From contig QGUM02000001.1 of NCBI GenBank assembly GCA_003242455.2, positions 1-57,931 of the forward strand: DNA of 57,931 bases, in the 5' to 3' direction. Shown here piece by piece: positions 40,263 through 49,192 of the stretch. The position numbers and the translations under genes are program-made. The notes beneath the pieces are model-generated. The model saw only the letters and a program-made list of their open reading frames with translations, ran no database searches and was not told where the DNA came from. The DNA is from Actinomycetes bacterium. Its GTDB lineage: Bacteria; Actinomycetota; Actinomycetes; Actinomycetales; Demequinaceae. Numbering within the stretch: position 1 is the stretch's first letter; the number at the start of each line of letters is the position of its first letter.

Positions 40263-40912
40263 GCGGACCTCTCGAGAGGCTGACCCGCACCAACCTGCGG
40301 CACGAGGTGTACGCCCGCGTGCGCGCGGCGGTGCTCACGGGTGAGCTCACCCGCGACGACCGCATCACGGAGACGGGCCTGTCCGAGATGCTCGGCGTGA
40401 GCCGGGCCCCGGTGCGCGAGGCGCTGCGCCAGCTCGAGCAGGAGGGCCTCGTGGAGTCGCTCGGCACGCGCGGCTACCGCGTGGTCGAGACGCCAGACGT
40501 GCATGAGGTGTCCCTGCTGCGCATCGCGCTCGAGCGGCTCGCCGTGGCGCTCGTCATCGAGCGCGGCATCGAGGAGGACTTCCGTGACCTGCGCACGATC
40601 GTCGACCAGATGCGGGCGGCGATCGAGGCCGGTGAGCCGGAGCAGGCGCGCCACCTCGACAACGTGTTCCACGAGCGGCTGTGCCAGGCCTCGCACCATG
40701 ACCTGCTCGTGTCCACGTGGAACTCGATCCGGACCCAGCTGACCATCGCGACGCGCGCGGTCAACCGTTCGTACTCCGACCCGAGCGGCCTGCCCGAGCG
40801 CCACATGCGCATCGTCGAGGTGCTCGAGTCGGGCGACACGAGCCGCGCCCAGGAGGAGATCGAGCGCCACATCCGCTCCGGCCTCGAGTCCTTCCTCGCT
40901 TCGGGAGACTGA
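40259..40912 (+). CDS. GntR/FadR (FCD) transcriptional regulator
   Basis: LGVSRAPVREALRQLEQEGLV wHTH; DNVFH...H...H FCD residues. Confidence 0.93.
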   Translation: MSGPLERLTRTNLRHEVYARVRAAVLTGELTRDDRITETGLSEMLGVSRAPVREALRQLEQEGLVESLGTRGYRVVETPDVHEVSLLRIALERLAVALVIERGIEEDFRDLRTIVDQMRAAIEAGEPEQARHLDNVFHERLCQASHHDLLVSTWNSIRTQLTIATRAVNRSYSDPSGLPERHMRIVEVLESGDTSRAQEEIERHIRSGLESFLASGD

Positions 40913-41859
40913 TGGGGGGCGCATCGGCCGTCGACGCCAGGCAGCCGGGCCAGCCCGCCGTCGTCATCGGCTTCTGCGCGGTCGGGGCGCTGTGGGGACT
41001 CGCGTTCCTGTTCACCGCCCTCGCCCTGCGCGGATTCACGCCGCTGCAGGTCGCGTGGGGGAGGGCGGCGCTCGCGGCCGTCGCGTTGGCGGCGCTCGCG
41101 GCGGCGCTGGAGCGCGGCAGGCTGCGCCGCGCGCTCGCCGGGCTTCCGTACCGGCCGCTCATCGCGCTCGGACTCCTCAACGCGGCCGTGCCGTACGCGC
41201 TCATCGCGATCGCGCAGCGGCACGTGCCCTCCGGGGTGGCGGCGGTGTTCAACGCCACTGTGCCCATCCTCACCGCGCTGATCGCGCTGGGCACCGGGGC
41301 CGAGCGCCGGATGACCCCGCGCGCGGCTGCCGGGACTGTCCTGGGCTTCCTCGGGATCCTCGTCATGACCGGCTTCGCGGTCAGCGGCGGATCCTGGACG
41401 GCACGCATCGCACTGCTGGCCGCCTCCGCCTCGTACGCCGTGTCGTTCGTCATCGCGTCGCGGCCCACGGTGCGAGCGGCCGCGGGCGTGCCCAGCGCTG
41501 CGGTGCAGATGGCGATCGCCGCCGTGGTGCTCGGCGCCGCGCAGATCGCCGACCCCTTCGACCGCCCCGGAGCGGATCCCGCTGCGTGGCCGGCCCTCGT
41601 CGCGGTCGCGCTCGTGTCCACGGCCATCCCGGCCGCCGTGTACTTCTGGCTCGTGCGGCATGCCGGCCCCGCCCGCGCCTCCCTGACCACCTACCTCGTG
41701 CCCGTCGTCGGCCTGCTCGCCGGATGGCTGGCCCTGCACGAGGTCCCCACGCCGCTCGGCATGCTCGGCGCGGCGACGGTGCTCGCCGGCGTGGCGCTCG
41801 GCCACGCGGGCGGGTCACGGCGGACGTCGTCCGCCCCCGCTGAGAGGAGGACCTCATGA
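40912..41859 (+). CDS. DMT/EamA family transporter
   Basis: LWGLAF, FTPLQVAWGR, PSGVAAVFNATVP, GPARASLTTYLVP; TGATG overlap. Confidence 0.9.
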   Translation: MGGASAVDARQPGQPAVVIGFCAVGALWGLAFLFTALALRGFTPLQVAWGRAALAAVALAALAAALERGRLRRALAGLPYRPLIALGLLNAAVPYALIAIAQRHVPSGVAAVFNATVPILTALIALGTGAERRMTPRAAAGTVLGFLGILVMTGFAVSGGSWTARIALLAASASYAVSFVIASRPTVRAAAGVPSAAVQMAIAAVVLGAAQIADPFDRPGADPAAWPALVAVALVSTAIPAAVYFWLVRHAGPARASLTTYLVPVVGLLAGWLALHEVPTPLGMLGAATVLAGVALGHAGGSRRTSSAPAERRTS

Positions 41860-42674
41860 CCCCCCTGGACACCCTGTTGGCTCGTTGCACGGTGGTCGAC
41901 CTCTCGCTGGAGATCGCCGAGGACCTGCCGGGCGCGTGGCCGGGCCACACGCCGTTCCGACACACGGTGGGGAACTGGTTCACGGACCGGCCCGACGCGC
42001 CACAGCCGGTGCGCGCGAGCCTCGGTCCCTATCAGACCAAGTGGATGGTCATCGACGAGCACACGGCCACCCACCTCGACGCGCCCAGCCATGGGCTGCC
42101 GCCGCTCGGCTCCGGCCTGCCCGGGGCGCACGCCAACGGCGAGGTCAGCGTCGAGCGCGTGCCGCTCGACCAGCTCCGCGGCCCGGCCGTCGTGGTCGAC
42201 GCGACGGGCCTGGGCGAAGGCGTCGGTCCCGCCGCGCCGGCCGTGACGGTGGAGGCGCTCGAGCGCCATGTCGCGCAGCACGGTCCCTTCGCAGAGGGCG
42301 ACGTCGTGCTCGTCCGCACCGACTGGGACCTCACGTACCTGCCCGGAGAGGCGGGGCAGGCCTACGTCGCGGGGCCGCTCGCCGGCACCCACCCGGGCTG
42401 GCCGGCGCTCGACGCCGCGGCGATGGCCTGGCTCGGCGACCAAGGGGTGCGCTGCGTCGGCACCGACGCGCCGAGCATCGGCGGCCCCGGCACCGGCGGA
42501 CCTGCGCACGATGCCGGCTTCACTCGCGGGATGGTCTTCTTCGAGGGCCTCGCCAACCTGCGCCTGCTGCCAGCCCGCGGCGCGTACTTCATCGGACTGC
42601 CGCTGCGGCTGCGCGGCGGGACGGGTGCTCCGGCGCGCGTGATCGCGCTGGTCGACAAGGAAGGACAGCAATGA
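41856..42674 (+). CDS. Cyclase-family (kynurenine formamidase/isatin hydrolase-like) metallohydrolase
   Basis: VVDLS, EHTATHLDAPSH, VRTDW, GTDAPS, EGLANL, GTGAPARV. Confidence 0.9.
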   Translation: MTPLDTLLARCTVVDLSLEIAEDLPGAWPGHTPFRHTVGNWFTDRPDAPQPVRASLGPYQTKWMVIDEHTATHLDAPSHGLPPLGSGLPGAHANGEVSVERVPLDQLRGPAVVVDATGLGEGVGPAAPAVTVEALERHVAQHGPFAEGDVVLVRTDWDLTYLPGEAGQAYVAGPLAGTHPGWPALDAAAMAWLGDQGVRCVGTDAPSIGGPGTGGPAHDAGFTRGMVFFEGLANLRLLPARGAYFIGLPLRLRGGTGAPARVIALVDKEGQQ

Positions 42675-43423
42675 GCAACGCGAGACTCCTCGAAGGCAAG
42701 GCCGCCGTCATCACCGGCGCAGCCGCCGGCATCGGCGCCGCCACCGCGGCACGCTTCGCGAGCGACGGCGCCCGGCTTGTGCTCACGGACGTGGACGGCG
42801 AGGGCCTCGCCGCCGCCGCCCAGCGCCTGCGCGAGGCGGGCGCGGACGTCGTCGAGGTCGTCGGCGACGTGGCCGACGAGGCCCACTGCGAGGAGGCGGT
42901 CGCCCGCTGTGTCGAGGCCTACGGCGTGATCGACGTCCTCGTGGCGAATGCGGGCGTCGTCGTCCCCGGCAGCATCCTCGACCTCAGCGTGGAGGAATGG
43001 GACCGCATCCACGCGATCGACGCCCGCGGAATGTTCTTGTCGTGCCGCGCGGCGATCGCCCGCATGAAGGACCGCGGCGGATCCATCGTCTGCCTGTCGT
43101 CGATCTCGGGGCTCGCCGGTCAGGAGCGGCAGGCCGCCTACGGGCCGGCGAAGTTCGTCGCCAGCGGCCTGGCCAAGCACCTGGCCGTCGAGTGGGCGCA
43201 CGCGGGGATCAGGGTCAACGCCGTCGCCCCCGGCACCATCGCGACCGAGTCGGTGCTGCGCCTGAGCAAGGAGTACACCGAAGGCCTGCGCGCGCAGCAC
43301 CCGCTGGGCCGGCTCGGCGAGCCGGCAGAGGTGGCAGCGGCGATCGCCTTCCTCGCCTCCGACGAGGCCTCCTTCATCACCGGCGTCGTGCTGCCGGTCG
43401 ACGGTGGCTATCTCGCCCGATGA
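42671..43423 (+). CDS. Classical SDR oxidoreductase (likely NAD-dependent)
   Basis: TGAAAGIG, LTDVD, ANAG, SSISG, YGPAK, VNAVAPG. Confidence 0.93.
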   Translation: MSNARLLEGKAAVITGAAAGIGAATAARFASDGARLVLTDVDGEGLAAAAQRLREAGADVVEVVGDVADEAHCEEAVARCVEAYGVIDVLVANAGVVVPGSILDLSVEEWDRIHAIDARGMFLSCRAAIARMKDRGGSIVCLSSISGLAGQERQAAYGPAKFVASGLAKHLAVEWAHAGIRVNAVAPGTIATESVLRLSKEYTEGLRAQHPLGRLGEPAEVAAAIAFLASDEASFITGVVLPVDGGYLAR

Positions 43424-44433
43424 CCGTCGTCCTGGTCTCCCCTGACTCCTTCAAGGGGACGCATCCCGCTCAGGAGGTCGCGCGCGCGATCGCGGAAGGC
43501 GTGCGCGCCGCCGGCGGCGAGGCGATCGAGTGCCCCGTGGCGGACGGTGGCGAGGGCACGCTCGACATCCTGCTCGCCCGGCCAGGAGTGGAGGAGCGGC
43601 GCCTCGAGGTGAACGGCCCAGTGGGTCAGCGTGTCGAGGCTCGCTGGGGGTGGGACGCGGCAGAGCGCACCGCCTTCGTGGAGTCGGCGCAGGCCTGCGG
43701 GCTGCACCTCGTGGACGGGTCGCCGGAACAGGCCGTCGCGGCGTCCAGCGCAGGGCTCGGCGAGATCATGGAGGCCGCACTCGGCGCCGGCGCCTCGCGC
43801 ATCGTCGTCACGCTGGGCGGCACCGGCACCTCCGATGGCGGACGCGGGATGCTGTCCGTCCTTCCGGAGGTCCCGCCAGGCGTGCAGGTGGAGGCCCTGT
43901 CCGACGTCGACGTCGCCTACGAGGACGCCGCGCGCGTCTTCGGTCCGCAGAAGGGCGCGGACGCCGCGGCGGTCGAGGAGCTCACGGCTCGGCTGCACGA
44001 GACGGCGGGCCTGATTGCGTCGCGCTTCGGACGGGATCCGCGCGGACGCGCCCGCACCGGCGCCGCGGGAGGGCTCTCCGGTGCGTTGTGGGCGGCATAT
44101 GGGGCCGAGCTGCGCTCCGGGGCCGATGCGGTGCTCGACCTCGTGGGCTTCGATGCGAAGGCGGCAACGGCCGATGTGGTCGTGGTCGGCGAGGGGAGGC
44201 TCGACTCCCAGTCCTTCGAGGGCAAGATCGTCAGCGGCGTCCTCGCTCGCGTCGACGGCCTGCCGGCCGTCGCGGTGGTGGGCAGCCGCGATCTGGACGA
44301 TGCGGAGGCGGCGTCCCGCGGGCTCGTCAGGGTGTGGACCGCCGGCGACCCGGGAGCAATGCGCCGGGCGGGCGAGGAGATCGTCGCGTGGATCCGGCAG
44401 GCGCGACCTCCGCGCGCCCGGCACTACGCTTGA
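43420..44433 (+). CDS. glxK: Glycerate kinase (GlxK/GarK family, short form)
   Basis: PDSFKG, PVADGGEGT, GGTGTSDGG, FGPQKGA, GAAGG, GEGRLDSQS..GK. Confidence 0.9.
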   Translation: MTVVLVSPDSFKGTHPAQEVARAIAEGVRAAGGEAIECPVADGGEGTLDILLARPGVEERRLEVNGPVGQRVEARWGWDAAERTAFVESAQACGLHLVDGSPEQAVAASSAGLGEIMEAALGAGASRIVVTLGGTGTSDGGRGMLSVLPEVPPGVQVEALSDVDVAYEDAARVFGPQKGADAAAVEELTARLHETAGLIASRFGRDPRGRARTGAAGGLSGALWAAYGAELRSGADAVLDLVGFDAKAATADVVVVGEGRLDSQSFEGKIVSGVLARVDGLPAVAVVGSRDLDDAEAASRGLVRVWTAGDPGAMRRAGEEIVAWIRQARPPRARHYA

Positions 44434-44437
44434 TGTC

Positions 44438-44872
44438 GTGATCTACGCGGATGGAACGGCCCTCTCGCGCTTCCTTCCGGGGGTCGCGTGCTACGAGGAC
44501 TGGATGCGCTGGGCCATCCCCCAGCTGGGCGACATCACGACGACCCAGCTCGGCCTCACCGAAGTGCGCCAGATCGTCGAGCTGTACCCCCGCGAGCAGA
44601 AGGCCGAGGCCTACGAGATCGTGAAGAAGATCAAGACTCACGTGCCGGTCATGCGCATCTCCGACGAGAACGTCCAGGTGTCCTCGCACGCGGCGGCCGT
44701 GCTGCAGCCGTTCGCCGCGATCCACCTGGGCGCAGCCGTCGCGCACCCCAAGGTCGACACGATCGCCACGTACGACATCGAGCTCGCCCGTGCGGCCGTG
44801 CTGTACGAGCTCAAGGTCGTCACTCCCGGCATGCCGGACGGCTGGCACAATGGGGTCGCCGGCGCGTCCTGA
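44438..44872 (+). CDS. PIN-domain (VapC-like) protein, orphan
   Basis: IYADGTAL, LTEV, AAIHLGAA, ATYD, VVTPG; TACGCT -10 7 nt before GTG. Confidence 0.75.
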   Translation: MIYADGTALSRFLPGVACYEDWMRWAIPQLGDITTTQLGLTEVRQIVELYPREQKAEAYEIVKKIKTHVPVMRISDENVQVSSHAAAVLQPFAAIHLGAAVAHPKVDTIATYDIELARAAVLYELKVVTPGMPDGWHNGVAGAS

Positions 44873-44890
44873 CGCGGACGCGATCGCTCA

Positions 44891-44975
44891 GGAGAGTTGA
44901 CCGAGCGGCCGAAGGTGACGGTCTTGAAAACCGTTGTGGCTCACGCCACCGTGGGTTCGAATCCCACACTCTCCG
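44891..44975 (+). tRNA. tRNA-Ser(TGA)
   Basis: GGAGAGT acceptor, ACGGT-CTTGAAA-ACCGT, long variable arm, GGTTCGAATCC. Confidence 0.95.
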
Positions 44976-45021
44976 CGCTTTGCCCGTCCGCTCAACGGTC
45001 AGGTAGCCTGTAGAACTGCCT

Positions 45022-45115
45022 GGAGACGTCGCATAGTCAGGTCTAGTGCGCGGTCCTGCTAAGACCGTGAGGGTGTTAAAGCCCTCCGTGGGTTCAAATC
45101 CCACCGTCTCCGCCA
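45022..45115 (+). tRNA. tRNA-Ser(GCT)
   Basis: GGAGACG/CGTCTCC, CGGTC-CTGCTAA-GACCG, long variable arm, encoded CCA. Confidence 0.96.
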
Positions 45116-45124
45116 GGTCACGCG

Positions 45125-45157
45125 GCACCCGCGAGGGACGGACGCCCTCGCGGGTGC
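45125..45157 (+). terminator. Stem-loop after tRNA-Ser(GCT)
   Basis: GCACCCGCGAGGG-N7-CCCTCGCGGGTGC perfect 13-bp stem, then TGTATATTT. Confidence 0.7.
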
Positions 45158-45187
45158 TGTATATTTGTGACTCGGCTTTCCCGCCAA

Positions 45188-45260
45188 GCGCCCGTAGCTC
45201 AACGGATAGAGCATCTGACTACGGATCAGAAGGTTGGGGGTTCGAATCCCTCCGGGCGCG
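45188..45260 (+). tRNA. tRNA-Arg(ACG)
   Basis: GCGCCCG/CGGGCGC, TCTGA-CTACGGA-TCAGA, GGTTCGAATCC. Confidence 0.96.
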
Positions 45261-46335
45261 CTTCCCCTGTCTCCGCCTTGGGCGGTGCGCTTCCCTCCGG
45301 CATCCCGTTCACATCCAGGTCGAGCCGAGTGCTGCCTGTGCGGCTCGTGGACACGATGGACACCGCGATCTCCCGCCCTCGCGGATGCAGTCGCACCGTC
45401 ACCGATCCGTCCTGCGCCGCAAACAGCGCGGTGACCGCGAAGTTCGCCACGCGCTTCATCGCCTCCGGGTCAGGAAGCGGCTCGCCGCGGTCGTCCAGGA
45501 GGACCACCTCGATGCCTCGGTCGCGGGCGGACGTCGCCGCGGAGATGATCGGCTCGAACACGAGCGAGCGGCCGCGCACGCCGTCGCGCAGCAGCGCCTC
45601 GGCCGCGCGGTACTCGCGCCGCTCCTCGAGCGTCGGGATGTGGTCGCCGCGCGCGATGCGCTCCAGGAGCGGACCCGCGCTCGCCTGGAGCTCGAGGACG
45701 CGCTGGCGGCGCACCTCGGACGCGGCGCTCGCCGCCGCCGACTCCATGGCGCCTGCGATGGCCCGCTCGTCGTAGTCGTTGATGAGGCGCGCCGTGCGGC
45801 GGAGGAAGACCCCGAACAGCGTCGCGACGAAGAGGATGGCGGCGTGGGTGTCGAGCAGCAGCAGGCCGGACACGATCGAGCGGTCCGACGCGATCGACCA
45901 CGCGAGAGTGATCGCCCCCATGATGACGTAGCCCAGCCACGCCATGCCCGCCCGGCGCCGGAGCGCCAGGAAGAACAGCAGCCAGGTGTTGGCGCCCAAG
46001 TGCCAGCTCGCACGGCCCACCTGGGGCACATCGGGCAGGAGGAAGGCGACGAGCACCGTCGACAGCGTCACGGCCAGGACGATGCCCCAGCTCCACAGGC
46101 GCGGGAACGGGTCGGGGTGGTCCAGCACCAGCAGGAGGGCCGCCGCGTTGACGATGACGACCGCGATGGTGGGCGGCAGCCAGTGCTTCATCTCGTCGAT
46201 CGTCGTGATCATGAAGATGAAGTTGGACACGATGAACAGGACGAGGATGATGCGCGCGCCCTCGCTCGTCAGGCCGATGAGGCGTGACGAGTCCATGGGC
46301 GTGATGCGGTCTCTCGCGATGTCGATGGCGCTCAC
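45226..46335 (-). CDS. Multi-TM membrane protein resembling a degenerate sensor kinase
   Basis: 5-6 TM plus coiled coil, EALLRDGVRG, ARDRGIEVVLLDD; no H/N/G boxes; GTGA coupled to the kinase. Confidence 0.75.
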   Translation of the reverse strand: MSAIDIARDRITPMDSSRLIGLTSEGARIILVLFIVSNFIFMITTIDEMKHWLPPTIAVVIVNAAALLLVLDHPDPFPRLWSWGIVLAVTLSTVLVAFLLPDVPQVGRASWHLGANTWLLFFLALRRRAGMAWLGYVIMGAITLAWSIASDRSIVSGLLLLDTHAAILFVATLFGVFLRRTARLINDYDERAIAGAMESAAASAASEVRRQRVLELQASAGPLLERIARGDHIPTLEERREYRAAEALLRDGVRGRSLVFEPIISAATSARDRGIEVVLLDDRGEPLPDPEAMKRVANFAVTALFAAQDGSVTVRLHPRGREIAVSIVSTSRTGSTRLDLDVNGMPEGSAPPKAETGEARPEGFEPPTF

Positions 46336-47540
46336 TTGGGCCTCACCCACGTCAGGATCACGACGGTTCCGACCCCCGGTCGCGATCGCACCTCACCTCG
46401 GCCGCCCGGCACCAGGGCCATGCGGTCCATGATCGACAGCCTGATGCCCAGGCGGCGCTGGGCCACGTTGCGCGGGTTGAAGCCGCGCCCGTTGTCGCGC
46501 ACCGCGACCGTCACCGCACCGGCTTCGATGTCGAGCGTGACCTCGCGGCGGACGCCGTCGCTCGCGGCGCCCGCATGGCGGACGCTGTTGCGCAGCGCCT
46601 CGCCCAGGGCATCGGACAGGGCGGAGACGACGTCGGCGGGAACGGTCGCGTCGGCCCACACCTCGCGCGTGAAGTGGGCGTCGGGCGCGACGGCAGCGAC
46701 GACGTCGCGCAGGGCCGCGTAGATCTCATCGGGCGTGTACTCGCGCGCGATCGCATTGGAGCGGTCGAGCGTCGCGATCGAGTGCAGCGCCGAGCGGGCC
46801 ATCATGGGCAGCGTCGCGGGCGGGTTCTCGCGGGAGGCCGTCAGGAGCACGGACATGATGTCGTCGTGGACCATCGCGTTGATGCGGGTCTCCTCACGCT
46901 CGCGGGTGCGCGTCGCCGCTCCGCGCGCGGCCTGCTCGCGAGCCCGCTCGCTCGCGCGGTCCTGGCGGTCAGCCGCGCGCACGACGGCGATCGCGGCGCC
47001 CATGAGGATCACCGCGAACTCCGACGAGCCCACCGCGTCGAGGAAGGCGGCACGCTCCGAGTCGGGGCGGACCAGGAACTGCACCCAGCCGATGATGGGC
47101 CCTTGCGCGATCGCGTAGAGCCACACCCAGCGGTTCTGCCACACGATCGCCGCGATCATGGCGTGCAGGCCGTGGATGCCCTGGATCCACGGCACCTGGT
47201 CGTCGGCGAGGTGCTCGCCCAGGAGCGCGAAGGGGAACATCGCCATCGCGACCAGGAACGTGATGCACGTGCCGCCGGCGATGGTGCGCATCCACTCGCG
47301 CGGGAGCGCCCAGGTGAGCGCGCCCAGCAGGATGGGGAAGACGACGGAGACGATGACGAGGAACCACGCGTACGTGGTCTCGAGCTGCGGCGACTGGCCG
47401 GCGATGCCCGCCTTGCCGGGGTACAGCAGCAGCCCGTAGACGATGCCCGCGATCCCGACGGCGAGGTACAGGAGGCGTTCGAGACGTGCGCGGGCGGTGT
47501 TCCGGCTGACCCGGTCGATGGGGCGCTTGGCCTCGGTCAC
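46332..47540 (-). CDS. Membrane sensor histidine kinase (NarX/UhpB-type)
   Basis: VHDDIMSVL H-box, EALRNSVRHA, DNGRGF, GVGTVV. Confidence 0.9.
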   Translation of the reverse strand: MTEAKRPIDRVSRNTARARLERLLYLAVGIAGIVYGLLLYPGKAGIAGQSPQLETTYAWFLVIVSVVFPILLGALTWALPREWMRTIAGGTCITFLVAMAMFPFALLGEHLADDQVPWIQGIHGLHAMIAAIVWQNRWVWLYAIAQGPIIGWVQFLVRPDSERAAFLDAVGSSEFAVILMGAAIAVVRAADRQDRASERAREQAARGAATRTREREETRINAMVHDDIMSVLLTASRENPPATLPMMARSALHSIATLDRSNAIAREYTPDEIYAALRDVVAAVAPDAHFTREVWADATVPADVVSALSDALGEALRNSVRHAGAASDGVRREVTLDIEAGAVTVAVRDNGRGFNPRNVAQRRLGIRLSIMDRMALVPGGRGEVRSRPGVGTVVILTWVRPK

Positions 47541-48184
47541 GGCGTGTCGGAGTCGTCCAGGATGCCGTCTTCCAGGGCTCGCTTGTACAGGTCGATGCGC
47601 GAGTGGGCCGGGCGCCCGGCATCGGCGTACTTGCGGCGGATGCGGCTCACGTAGTCGGCGACGGTCTCGCGCGAGAGGCCGGTGCGGGCCGCGACGTTCG
47701 CGGCCGTCTCGCCGGAGGCGTAGAGGCTCAGCACCTCCTGCTCGCGCGCGGACAGCTTGGCGTCGGCCAGGCCCTCGTCGGCGTCGATCGCTGCCGCCCA
47801 GTCCGCGCCGAAGACCTCGCGGCCGTGCGCGGCGGTGCGGATGGCGTCGAGCAGCACGTCGGGGTCCACCGATTTGCGGATGAGGCCGAGGGCGCCGGAT
47901 CGGGCGGCCGCCTGGATGAGGCGGCGGTCCTCGGCGCCGGTGTAGATGAGCACGTGCGCGCCCATGTCGTGGATGGCGGCGACGTTGTCGCGCGGGTTCG
48001 AGCCGTCGGACAGGCGCAGGTCCAGCACGACGAGGTCGAGCTGGGTGCCCAGCGAGGGCAGGTCGGCCACTGACTCGACCATGCCGGCGAGCTCGAGGTC
48101 GTCGGCCTCCGCGATGAGGTCCCGGAACCCGATCGCGATGAGAGCGTGGTCTTCCACCAACGCGATTCTGCGGCGCTCAGTCAT
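47537..48184 (-). CDS. NarL/LuxR-family response regulator
   Basis: LVEDH, VLDLRL, YTG, IRK; LSAREQEVL...TVADYVSRIRRKY; GGGAG RBS before ATG 48184. Confidence 0.92.
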   Translation of the reverse strand: MTERRRIALVEDHALIAIGFRDLIAEADDLELAGMVESVADLPSLGTQLDLVVLDLRLSDGSNPRDNVAAIHDMGAHVLIYTGAEDRRLIQAAARSGALGLIRKSVDPDVLLDAIRTAAHGREVFGADWAAAIDADEGLADAKLSAREQEVLSLYASGETAANVAARTGLSRETVADYVSRIRRKYADAGRPAHSRIDLYKRALEDGILDDSDTP

Positions 48185-48267
48185 GGATCTCCCTGGTCTG
48201 TGTCCCAACATTAGCCGGGTTGTGAGCGTTCCCGCTGGGTTCTCGGTAATGGAGTTTGTCACCTGAT

Positions 48268-48285
48268 GCCCCCATTTATGGGGGC
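48268..48285. promoter_or_regulatory. Inverted repeat upstream of the response regulator (putative autoregulatory site)
   Basis: GCCCCCAT-TT-ATGGGGGC. Confidence 0.55.
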
Positions 48286-48681
48286 TTGTGGGGAGCGCAC
48301 ATCGTCTGCGAACCTGCACGGTGGAGGGCGGCCATCTCCCTCCGCACTTCGGGTCAATCGCGGATGCGGTCCCGCGCCGTGGTCAAACTCGCTGTCTCAG
48401 CGAGGGCGGCAGGGTCCGGCGGGTCCACGGCCACACGTGAGGGTGAACGTGGGCTCCCATCCGGGATTCGCCTCAGTAGTCGCGTGACGGCACTGCCGTC
48501 GCCGCTTGCCGCGTCGTCGCGGCGCGAGCACGTGCGTGGAGTTCAGCCCTCCGGGCGCGTGGCGCAAGCCGATCCCGCCGCGACGGCGCGGCTCCTGCTT
48601 CTGCGTCGCGTGCGCATCTGTTGCGACTCATGCGCCTTCCTTGGCTACGCTCTGGCCTAGGTTCGGCACGAGGCAGGGACG

Positions 48682-49113
48682 ATGCGCATTGCGGCGATGA
48701 CGGGCACGATGCTCGCGGTCGGCATGCTGGCCGGCTGCGCGACGGGAGCTCCCACGGCCAAGGTCGGCGAATGCCTCGACATCGCCGTGGGCCAGAGCAC
48801 CGTCACCGAGCTCGCGCGCGTCGCCTGCACGCAGGAGCACGACGCCGAGGTCTACCTGGTCCAGACGATCGATCTCGAGGCCTTCGATGCGGCCGCCGTC
48901 GCGCAGGAGGCCCAGCGCATCTGTCGGGACGCCTTCTACAGCTTCGTGGGGGCGACCTACGAGGAGTCGATCCTCGACATCTACATGCTTTATCCGCAGC
49001 AGCAGTCCTGGGACGGCGGCGACCGCGAGGTCATCTGCGCGGTGTACAAGCCGGACCGCGAGCAGGGCCGTCCGGAGCGCCTGTCGAGCTCGCTCGAGGA
49101 CTCGCGGCTGTGA
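48682..49113 (+). CDS. Septum_form-like lipoprotein
   Basis: Lipobox LAGC; VGECL, VACTQEHDAEVY, YPQQQSWDGGDREVIC. Confidence 0.82.
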   Translation: MRIAAMTGTMLAVGMLAGCATGAPTAKVGECLDIAVGQSTVTELARVACTQEHDAEVYLVQTIDLEAFDAAAVAQEAQRICRDAFYSFVGATYEESILDIYMLYPQQQSWDGGDREVICAVYKPDREQGRPERLSSSLEDSRL

Positions 49114-49133
49114 CTCCCCGGGGGCGGGGAGTC
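49112..49133. terminator. Hairpin between convergent genes
   Basis: GACTCCCCG-GGGG-CGGGGAGTC. Confidence 0.5.
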
Positions 49134-49192
49134 CGCGCCCTCTGGCCCGCGACCCCGGACCCGCTCCCCCGGACCTGTGCTCGGACCTGCGC

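Noticed and set aside
44891-45115. Long-arm tRNAs as selenocysteine or suppressor tRNAs
   Set aside because: Anticodons TGA and GCT with 7-bp acceptor stems are standard tRNA-Ser
30146-45260. Catabolic operon as a tRNA-integrated mobile island
   Set aside because: No integrase or transposase, and no duplicated tRNA 3' end seen at the left boundary; accessory status needs genome comparison
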